Source of the DNA: Neoechinorhynchus agilis
Lineage: Eukaryota; Animalia; Acanthocephala
Direction: 5' to 3'
Length of the DNA: 43,375 bases
Assembly (NCBI GenBank): GCA_051530055.1
Contig: JBMGUZ010000019.1
Span: 1-43,375, forward strand
Both the position numbers and the translations under genes were made by a program. The notes under the pieces are model-generated. The model was not told where the DNA came from. It did no database searches and saw nothing but the letters and a program-made list of their open reading frames with translations. Position 1 is the stretch's first letter. Every line of letters starts with the position of its first letter. Shown one piece after another: positions 22,866 to 33,756 of the stretch.

Positions 22866-23749
22866 TATAATTTTTACTCAGAAAATAATTTTAAATAAAG
22901 TGAATTCCAATTTTCTTAGTGTCTAACGTTTAAAATTTATTGCTAAAATAAGCAATATCATCTTCGAACTACAGCAGCTTCATTATTTATTGCCGTTGTG
23001 TTTCGTGTAGATTGTGAGTATTAAAATATAAGCAGTTAATTTTTCAATTGAATACATTTTAAACGGAAACGTAATTATCCGCACAGTGCGGTGTGATCGC
23101 TTACCTCGAAGCAGAATAGCGAACAAAGCGGGCTAACTACCAAAAATTATACAAAAAGGCTCGGAATTTAACGGAACTTCCATGAATTAAATACCTATTT
23201 TTTCTAATAAAACCAACTTTACTTGGATTCCGATATTTTGTTCGCTCAAGTCGTATGTTTTTGAAAACTTCTCTATTTTGTAGATGATTGCAATTTAATT
23301 CTTTTCTTAGGAACACGAAGAAATCGCCATTCCTAAAAGAATGCATTACCTCTCATTTAAAATCGTGCATAATAACGGATCTATGGTATAATTCACCATT
23401 ATTCTCACTAAGATTGATATATTTGCCGTAATACTTTATCATTTTTTTCATTATACAAGAATCGATCCTTCATTGATATGAAATTTACATTATACTCATT
23501 TAAGGATGTTCACATTGAGCAAACCTACATCAATCATTTTGTACCTCATTTCTTTACAATGCAGAAATTGACCGAAATCGTCGGTGATCTAATTTATCCG
23601 TCGTCGTTGGTCGCTTCTATTTCGAGAATTCATCACGGTCTTCATCTGTCTGTTCCTGAGTGCAAAATCCATCCAATTATTGATTTTTTTAATCCAATAA
23701 TTTTTAATAGTATTTCTATTTACACAGAAATAGTATTTTACTCGCAGCA

Positions 23750-24100
23750 CCAATCACGACCCCAGCTCGCTCGTACCCACGATGCTGGCGGCATTCCCTC
23801 CCTTCTCATATGAGGAAAGTCTTACTCCTGTGTTCGCCGATTGCTTTCCTCATTCTACGGCCCTCCCCTAGCGTTTTATATGTATCGACCCCGAATGGTA
23901 CCAAATCGTGGCTTTCAATCATAGGGCGTGAGAACTCTAAGCCTCTTCGAGTGTTACTGTGATATGGTCGCGTGACCCAGGATCCTGTTGGTTTACCTTG
24001 GAAATTCATACGGTGCATGGAAAAACTAGAAGTTGGGACGATGGTGAGGATTGAGGAGTCTCAGTCTGTTGGGGTCCGTCGTCTCTAATTCTAAATCACC
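23750..24100 (-). mobile_element. Highly degenerate CRE-type 3' remnant
   Basis: DLVPFGVDTYKTLG and GGNAASIVGT motifs in different frames. Confidence 0.45.
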
Positions 24101-24547
24101 GTTGAGGAATTGCAAAAGCGCCCTCTAGCCTACTAATGATCAGAATTCCGAACAGACCTGCCCGGCAACCGTAGCGGCGAGGAGCCTCCCTCGATGGGAA
24201 ACGGGGTTGGACTTCTGACACCCAATTAGTCCCAATAGATTACCGATACCTCATTTTTGAGCTTTTTCGAATTGTGCTTTTGCAGTCAAGTACAGAAACG
24301 TCGGCATAATTCAATAATAACACGTTTTATTGTTCAAAGTAGAGGAATCATGTACCTCTGGTTCATCTAGATGAACGTCCTAGATGGGTTGGGAAAATAC
24401 TGTTTTTTGAATAACCTCATGAACAAAATGTAAGATTTCTCGTAATAATGAAAAATTGAAGCGTGTTTGTAGGTCCCTATCTAAACTAGACGCATAATCG
24501 ACATCTCAGTTGCGTTAAGCCTTAGTTTTCCAAGGATTCTTCAGATT

Positions 24548-27376
24548 ATGGCTTGCCACAAAGATGATTCGTTCAGTTGTACAACATCCGTAGCAAAGAC
24601 AAGCGTATTCAGGATGGTTTTCCTCGGTATCGGTTTAGATAAGGATAGCATCAACGCACACGTCCTTCGTTTATTAAAGGTTGCCAGAGACGTTAGCAAC
24701 GATATGGTACACGGAATGAACGGTGGCTCACAAGTCCATGTTATATGGACAGTGCCACATCGAAAATGGTTTTCAACGAAGTACTTGTTAAGGAATCTCA
24801 GACAGTCGTCACTTCAGAGATACTTTGATTTATAGTGACCTCAATTCATTGAATGACTTAGATTATGTAATAGAGCAAAATTGGAATTCTGTTCGACAAT
24901 ACATCCGGATTTGTGCAACCGAATGCTCTTGGATAGACACAGGTATACTGGATGTATTATATCCACCACATTTCTCCTGGCCTCGCGATGATATCACGAG
25001 TAGCACTCAGAGGACGTTCAATCCAACCGTTCCGGTTTTTCCAAGCATCAATTGTTGCTTAAATTTGAATTTCATTTTTCTAATTGGCTCATTTTCACAT
25101 GAAATGATAACTGCAGTGGAAGAAGCTCGGGACTTAAAACATGTCCTAGAATTGATATTGATTGGCGATTATATAGGCGACATTAAGCATGTCAAGGATA
25201 TCTTGTTCAAAGACAATATTTGCTTATACTTTATAACTTTGTCTTCATGCTCCAGCATTTTCTTGCAAAAAATCAAAGCTGCCTTGAATATAATCGGCGC
25301 TCAGATCGTTGTCACATCAGATAGCACACGAAGTTCAATACGTCCGTCCTTGCTCGAATTACAAGTGTATCGGTCGATAATGGTAACCAAATTACCTCTT
25401 TTCAGAACCCAACCGGCTGTACCGAAGTTCTCGCTTGTGTATAAAATCATTTTTGGTGAAAAACAATGGATTCTAATATCCTCCACGAATTGTTCAGCTC
25501 CGCACGCTGACGACGAAAGGATAGTGCTGGTCGTTGGACGAATCAAAAATTGTCGCTTTTATGACAAATATCAGTTCCGGATGAATGGGCAGCTTAAACC
25601 TTTCGGTGATGATCATCACGAAGCGGGGTTGTTAAGCGGTGACTATTTGGCATATGAACAAGCAAGTGGCGGCGGCAAAATTACGGAAATAATAATAAGT
25701 TTTTCATCGGAGTTCGACATTTGTTCAATATTTACTCCTACGATCAATGACAATGGAACATTGCCTTATTTATCCTGCGGTCAACAACAAAAAAGGATAT
25801 CTTCGAAATGGCGTGCATCAGACTTAAGTAGAAATCATTTGAAAACAATGAACAAATTGTCGGAAATTTCGCACTATAATAGCGTCGAAAATAAAGTCTC
25901 GTTTAATTTGCTGAACAAATTGGCATCAAGTATTGAAGTCGCCGATGAAAAAGCTAGAAAAATCCATGATTTGTCGATGCAACAATCTACAGAATTTAGA
26001 CTGAGACGAATTCACGGTGTATCTGCGGAGTCTCTCGATGATATTACAATGGAAAGATTATGTCAGATGTTAAAGAGTGAGCTTCTCTCTATTTATTCAA
26101 ACGATGTCAGTCATAAGGGAGTTGTAGATTGGATTTGTAATTTGGCTTTAAATATGTGGAGAAATGGTTTCGTGGATGATTCTGCACTGGATGATTTAGT
26201 GGATACAGTATGGAAACGAGTGTCGTATTACAATGAAATGAAGGAAAGTGGTGCGTTGGTTGATTCAATAATTTGTGCGATGATCGATCTTCAACTCCAA
26301 GTTGCATTGAAGATTGGCAGAAATGGACCTTTGAACACCGAAAAAGAAACTGACCATGAGTTTATTTTTGAAATGGCCAATCTAGATAGCGTATCGTGAA
26401 ATGAGTCTAGAAATTTTAAAATTAGCTTATATAAATTCACGATTTGCTGTCCATAATTCGTTGGTCACAGGCGCAATTGCGGTCGTTTAGACCTCATCCA
26501 CTGATCGAGTCTGGGACGAAGAATCCAGACAAACTCGAAACAAATGAGTATTTTCTGAGACTATTGGTACAAGAAATCAAACACCAGATCTGCTTGAGGA
26601 AAACTGGTGATCCTTACGATCTAGTGAAAATGTCTCCTCCTACGATCACTAAAACTGAAGTTCCAACGGTCAACAAATCACGATCGACTTTAAATATTGT
26701 AAAAGACTACACTGAATCTACTAAACGACCACGGACAGCTATATCAATGTTTAACCCAGCTCGGCGACTTGTAGCAATTAGCAGTAAGAGTAAGAATGCC
26801 ATTTGTTCCAATAGTAAACCTTTTTGTGGAATATCTCGCGAAGGATTAGGAACTATTGATATTCCCATGCTCAATAAACTGGAACTCAGCACGAATAACC
26901 TATCGCCGTTTAAGATTCGCAACGGTAGGTTAGTGGCCCCTGATCTCATGGAATTAATACCAATAATGCCTGATTCCATACCAAAAAGCAGTATTTCACT
27001 TTTTTCTGAAACGGAATGCTCAATTCCAGAAGATTCTTTTAATGAGCGACAGATTGGAAACCAGCTTAGTACCGATAAGTGCAATATTTTATGGACTTGT
27101 GGTAGTCAAAATTGTCCACGTAATTGCTGTTCAGATGAAAGGCATATGCAACGTAGCTATTCCGCAGAACGTAGCGATAGAATAAAAGCTATGCTTAATG
27201 ATGCCTGCAATAATTTTGAGATAAAGATGAGTTCTATAGAGAGTCAAGGAGGTCAAAGGAATGCGTCAATGAAATCAATACAAGAGGCCAGGCAATTACG
27301 GAGAAGTATAATAATTCTAAAGAATTATCCAGGTATTGTGCGAAGACTTTTTCCAGAATGCGACGGAAACAAATAA
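24548..27376 (+). CDS. TICRR: TICRR/Treslin-like replication-initiation protein; probable GT-AG intron 24781-24817 and a second interruption at ~26385-26470
   Basis: N-terminus MACHK...RMVFL...AHVLRLLK...QVHVIW resembles MACCHKVMLLLD...ALRLL...RVHWAF; LQLQVALKI...FIFEMANL resembles CQLQVFLRL...VVEEVTDL (human sequence recalled, not searched). The 37-nt intron gtactt...cttcag joins the first two ORFs in frame. Confidence 0.62.
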
Positions 27377-27944
27377 TTAACACTCAAATGAAGGATGTAA
27401 TCCATCTGAGTAAAAGAGAGGAAGCCGGTCTATAAAAACCGTTGGATTCTACGCATTAGAAAAATCAAAAATCCGTGATATGTCATGTGTGTTCGCCATA
27501 GCGGCCGTTCACTAATGAAGACTTCATCGCGTGTAGTAAATAAAGAGAATTTTAAGTATTCCCTTTTTTTATTGCGATATGTTCAATACTCATGGACAAT
27601 ATTGTTCTAATTTTTTAGCAATTTGTAGTATTATCGGACGAGTAATCTTGAATCTAAGGAAATACTACATTGTTCTACTGTCTTTAACTGCCCATTTAAA
27701 CATTCAATAACTACAACACTGTTTTAGTATTCTAATTTACATCGGCTTTGATTGCAGCTTAAAGAAATACTAAATAATATATTTTCGACAGGTTTTATTT
27801 GTGGATCTCCACTTCTACCACATTGTTTCACGTAAATGGATCTCCGGCCGTTTTTCCCTTGTCACTTCAACCTCTTTTAGATGCAATCGTAGCACCTCGA
27901 TCAATATGTTATGTTGATTCCCGTCAAATGTTATTGTAAAGAAG

Positions 27945-30725
27945 TTGTTCATGGATTGCCCAGTCTCTAATGCAAATCGGTCAAATGCAATGTTTGTCTT
28001 CGTGACTTCAAACCCATTCTCAGTGGTCTCGTCCGCTCCCACGGTCAACATGGGTCGCATTGCCCTAGATACAGAAAACTGCCAACTCAGCCTCTCTCTC
28101 TCCGTCTTCATCCAATCCATTCAATCCAACCGAACTCACAACTGTGGTCACAGACACGAATGGCCCACCTCCAGCATTGATCGAGATGCTTTCACACGGT
28201 GCCGAATGATTAGACGAATCCTGCGAGGCGCCAGGTCCTCCGTAGCCTCCAAATTAGCATTCCTGATCGAGTGCATCATGCGTGATCCAACTGTACCATC
28301 TGACTGGTTCAACCTCCTCGCATTTCCGAAAGCCGTCTTACGTGTTCCCACACAAACATCTGAAGCCAACGAGAATCAATCGCTTAGCCAAAAGATTCGC
28401 AACAGGTCCGACGCTAAAGAGTCCTTTCAACAAGTCGATCATCCTGGGTGGCCGAGCCATCGCCGTAGTGCTCCTCACGACCCGGACTCTCAACTCCGCC
28501 CGAAATGCTCCGAGAAGCTGGAGGACGGCGATCTGATGGGTGCCGTTCGACTTGTAAGCGGAACGGACCGCCTACTCGCGCCGAACAAGGACACCCTCGA
28601 CTCCTTAAAATTGAAGCACCTTCTACGCAGACGGAGTTGCTTCAAGCCAAATTATGACCCGTCGTTCACAGAGCCCGACCACGACCCACTCATACCCATT
28701 ACAGTCTCCACCGTCGCTTCCGCTCTGGTATCCTTTCCGCCATCGTCAGCTGGAGGGCATGATGGTTTGAGCCCTCGACACTTACGGGATTAAACCTGCT
28801 TCTCTTCTGAAGCTCAAGGTACGCGATTGCTGAACGCTCGCGGTTCCGTACCGCCTCCAGTCGCTCGTCTACTCTGCGGCGCCAAGCTGATCGCTTTCAC
28901 AAAAAAGGTGGAGGGTTCGTCCCATTGTCGTGAGTTGTATCTTCCGTCAGTTGGCATCCAAAGTCGCGTGTCAGTTCGCCACCGATCGATTGATCAATCA
29001 ACTCTTGCCGGCCGAGGCGGCCGTACATGCAGGACGAGCGTATAGTCGGAATGGTATCCATAAGGGAACTGCTATGGTCAAGCTTGACATGGAGAACGCG
29101 TTCAATTCAATATGCCGCACCGCGATGACAGAGGTTGTCCACCAGCACCTGCCAGAAATCTACCAGTACGTGTCCTTGTGCTACGACCAATCCAGCATGC
29201 TGTTGTTCGCCGAGTTCAAGGTCGAATCAGCAGAGGGTGTTCAACAGGGTGATCCTCTAGGTCCTCTGCTGTTCGCATTGACGATCAATCATCTTGCCAC
29301 AGCTCTTTGTCAGAGTTATCGATCTGGTACCTCGACGACTGTTGCATCGGAGGGGAGATCGACCAGCTCATCCGCGACATCAAAAACATCTCCGAAATGC
29401 GTGCCGATATCGGACTATTCCTGAGAACGGACAAATGCGAAATGATTTCGGACGACAAAGAGGATGCATTGAGACTGCTCACCGTACTATCCGGAGCAAA
29501 GACAACTGTAATCGACTCAGCTGACATTCTCGGGTCTCCAATCGGTAACCTTTCCAACCTGGAAACGTTCCTCTCAAAAGCCATCGATCAATTGCGGCTC
29601 ACTGCCTCCAGGCTCTTGCACATCGCGCGACGCGACGCTCAGTTCATACTAGGACGTTTGAGGACTTCTCCATGCTTCAAGTCAGTGTTCACAAGCGATT
29701 TCGACAACTGCGTTCGATCAACCCTGTCAGAAGTCCTCAACCTACGGCTGCCCGACAAAACATGGAAACAGGCGACCCTTCCCATTCGATTCGGCGGTCT
29801 TGACATCCAGAGTGCCACGTGCTGAGAATCACCCCACCACACACTCGACTAAAGTCGCATCCACCACCTGAACTGATTGAAGCGTACGCTCAATGGACAT
29901 CAGTGTTCGGGCAGGTCGTTCCAACGGAAACAAACTCCCCAAAACGTTAGACTGCCTCGCTCCACATTGGGTATTATCAACAGCTTCTCAACTCATGCTC
30001 ATCACCCACGGATAGAGCTCTTCTCCTGGCAGTCTCAGCTCCACACTCCGGCGACTTCTTGAAGGCTTTCCCGATCACGGCTGTTGGCACGAGGTTGGAT
30101 GACCACCCATCACCGTCGCTGTGGGACTTCGGTTGGGCATCGAATTCTCAGGCTCATATACATGTCGGTGCGGGGGGACAGTGAATAGGTCGGGAACTCA
30201 TGGCCTTGACTGCAAGCGTTCAAATGCTCGCCACGCACGGCACTCAGCAGTCAACCGCATAATCAAGGAAGCCCTCTCAACGACCGGTTTTCCCGCTGGA
30301 CTCGAACCAGTCGGACTTTCCCGGAACGACGGTAAACGCCCTGATGGAGCAACTCTCCTCCCATGGTGCTCCGGGAAAATACTGTTTTGGGATTTTACTT
30401 GCCCCAACACGCTCGCAGCATTTCACTTACGCGATGCCACCTCAAAGGCGGGAGCAGTCGCCAGCTTCAGCAAGGAAAAGAAGCGGCAGAAGTACTCCTC
30501 GCTCGATGGGCATCAATATATTTTCATCCCGATTGCGGTGGAAACACTGGGATGCCTCGGAAAAGAAGCCGATTACTTCCTCTCATGACTGGGAGGGATG
30601 CTAAAACATGCCACCGGCGATATGCGATCCAGCAGCTTCCTGTTGCAGCGAATCAGCGCGGCGATCCAACGCGGCAATGCCGCGGCCATCAAGGAAGCTG
30701 CCGAACAATCATAATCTATGAGTAA
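27945..30725 (+). mobile_element. Near-full-length CRE-type non-LTR retrotransposon (RT plus REL endonuclease), several stops and frameshifts
   Basis: SAGGHDGLSPRHLRD, KLDMENAFN, GVQQGDPLGPLLFAL, WYLDD, QATLPIRFGGL, CRCG..GTHGLDC..RHARH, RPDG, WDFTCPNT, FIPIAVETLG, QRGNAAA. Confidence 0.92.
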
Positions 30726-31215
30726 TGCGGATTTGATTTAGATGATGCAGCTCTTTAAGAATTTTAACTTTATTTTGAAGTAAATTGTGGCAGAACTTTT
30801 CAACTAAGCGTTTACGGACTAAGTACAATATTTTATTCCTGCTTATGAAAATTAAACCATGGGTAATTGATTGATTTATATATCGTGTCGATATGTCAGG
30901 TACCGGGTATCAATTTCGTTGCACAAAGGGCCCGTTAAACTCTATCTTCTTAAGCGCCTCCGATTCCTTGGATTATCACCCAAAGACCTTAGGTACTTCT
31001 AAATGTCCGCTATCCTGCCAACGATCACCATCGCGCATATCAAACCTTCTGCAATTTTTCTTCTAAACGATTCAAATAACTTAATACCTTTCACAAGAGA
31101 TGCGCTCTAATCTGCTCCTCCGAACTTGTGCCTTTAGAAAAACACCTCTCTCTAATCTTTCGCAAACACTCAAAGCGCCTTGATTCTCTTCCACCTCTTC
31201 AATTTCTACCGCACG

Positions 31216-31620
31216 TGGATATATTTTGTCTCATGATTGAGAAAATAGAGATTAATTGATTAATTTTCTTTTCACAATATTTCGCCCGTCTCGTCGAACT
31301 CCTTCAGTTCTAAAAGGTAGATCAGGGTTGCTTTATTCCGAGTTTTAAACTTACAACGAGACGGACAAAATATATTTGAAATGTTATTGTAAAGAAGATG
31401 TTCATGGATATATTTTGCGTCGTGAATGAGAAAATAGAGATTAATTTATTAATTTTCTTTTCACAATATTTCGTCCGTCTCGTCAGACTCCTTCAGGTCC
31501 AAAAGGTAGATCAGGGTTGCTTTATTCTGAGTTTTAGACTTAAAGAAGTCCAACGAGACGGACAAAATATTGCGAAAGGGAATTAATTTCTATTTTCTTA
31601 ATCATCAAACAAAACATTTG
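31216..31620. mobile_element. Two tandem ~189-bp units, each an inverted pair of hammerhead-bearing pLTR-like segments
   Basis: (-) motifs CTGAAGGA-GTYY-gacgagac-GGRC-GAAA-TA-TT at 31276-31307 and 31465-31496; degenerate (+) partners at ~31350-31375 and 31539-31571. Confidence 0.65.
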
Positions 31621-31829
31621 AAATGACGTTGTAGTAAATGAATATGTTTGGTTTTCAGGAAAAGTTCTCTGTTCATTATACTAAATTGAAGCATAGAAAA
31701 ATTATACTTCTTTTCAAACCGATAACAATCTCTTAAGTCGTATCGTTTTGTGTATTCTAGTGGTCGTGCGATTAAGTTTCAACCAACAATGAGATCTCAA
31801 AAGTCAAGCAATTAAATGAGCCAGCTGCC

Positions 31830-32770
31830 TTCCTGGTGCAACGGCCGAAAAGACCAGTGCAGCGTTCCCTCGTTGGCTATGTTTTGTTGGAGGAATGCTC
31901 TTGCCCCCGGATCGCTAGTCATTCGTCTCAATTGCATGACCAGGACATGCGCAACGGTACCAAACGACCCGAGCGTATCGACACCAAAGGGAACAAAATA
32001 ATGATTTCGACTCAGGTCCCAGTATTTTGCCCTTTTGCGGTCCTCAACGGCGGTTGCTGCTCCCCTGGTTTAGTAGCGGAGAATCTCATGTTGCTGGCTG
32101 TTAGCGTCCCCAGAGAAGGCATTTGCCTTCCCTCACCATGGGAATATTGTGACACCGTCCGGTGTACGGCGACCATTGAGTCGGCAAAATTGCTTGGCTC
32201 TAGGATGTTGGACGCATTCACAGTATTCAGGACACGACTAAGAGCATTGCGTTCACTTCGTCGTGCCGTGAGTACCTTCCGCCTGATTGGCGACAGACGA
32301 GACCATGGCGCCCCAATGGTTCCACGGGCGCACATCGGTATCCAAGTTTCATTGACACTGCAATCCTTACTGTCTCGTTGGACGGAGACAGAAGCGACTG
32401 GAGAGCGTTGAGCCAAACACCCGATTCTCTTGAGGAGACTTCCGCCAATCGAGTTCGGTTCACCAGGTCACGAGAATCTGAAAGTAAAGAGTTGTGAATT
32501 CTCGCTACCAAGGGTGAGTCCCAAACTGATTGTTTGCAACCATTGACGGGTACCTGCTCACTGCCTGAATCTCCACACTAAAGATTAAAAGCCTACACGA
32601 AATCTTCACCCAAAGTGTAATTTTCGCCAAGAACGGATTGAACTATTTTCCGGCTTGCTTCATACGATCTCAAATTAGCTGTCGGATAAATATCGGCTGC
32701 TTTTCGGATACCCAAACCGCCGGACGACTCAGGCAAGGACGCTTGACATCAGGCCTCGTCCGACAGCTGA
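31830..32770 (-). mobile_element. CRE-type 3' fragment (copy 2), >99% identical to 17568-18361 over ~795 bp
   Basis: About six differences seen by eye, including one 1-bp deletion; offset ~14410. Confidence 0.88.
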
Positions 32771-33049
32771 ATGTTTTAAATTAATTATATTCGATCAGAT
32801 ATTTCTAAAGATGTGTTTATATGAGTTATATTGGTGAATTTGCACCTTTACCATAATAACGTATGTAATTGCGGATACGTACATGACATTGAAGAGATTT
32901 TTTTTGCGAAAGCTTTTTTAATTTATGTGATGTTTACAATCTACGGTAGAGCCAATCCATATTGGCAAATGTCACAAGTTTAAAAAAAGTGTTAACCTCG
33001 TTTAGTCCAACGATTCGTCCCCGTATAAGTAAAAATTAGTAATCTAATA

Positions 33050-33312
33050 GTGTCAAAAATCAACTTAGTCATTTTATAGCCGTCTTAATCAAAGAACAGA
33101 AACCGGACATCAATAATCAACGAGGTTACAAACTCTGTCTTCATGGCTAACCGAAATGAAACAACACTAACAGCCATAAGCGCATGTGAGAGAGCAGTAT
33201 TTTAAAACTGCTGATGAACCCACAAGGTTCGAAACGTCTTTAATTGAAATAATCAATTTCCAGGTGGACTTCTAAACAATAATTCCAATCGCATACCCCG
33301 GTACCTCCTCAC
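33050..33312 (+). mobile_element. PLE 3' end and pLTR with minimal hammerhead at 33203-33243
   Basis: LIKEQKPDINNQRG (GIY-YIG C-terminal motif), then CTGCTGA-T-GAACC-cacaa-GGTTC-GAAA-CG-TC-tttaa. Confidence 0.65.
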
Positions 33313-33756
33313 ATATCGACATTTTCATAGCGCGGGCATTTTTTGAACACAGATAGCATCGCGGTGCTTTGTCTCACTCATTAATAAGGCAGGATGATCA
33401 TTTCATTTATTTTTAATAAAATATTTTAGGTTAATTCCATGTTGAAAATGGTGCAAGTACCAAAATGAAAGTTCCTGTTCCGTGGACTTTGTGTGAGAGA
33501 AAGCAAGAGTAGACTGTTGGTTGCTTAGGAGTTATTAACAAAAAAAAGTCGGGAAATGGTTAAAAACATCTTGTTCTAAATTCGTCCACCAAACAGTCAA
33601 TTTAAGAAACTTTTAAAAGTGCGTTTCCCAAAATCATCATTATATCGAAAAACTATGATGATTGGCAATCGTCGTCATGATGATGCAAAACAACCGTCAA
33701 CGTTGTAGGGAATAATAATTGAACGTAGAGATTTTATTCATAATTAATTGTACAAA

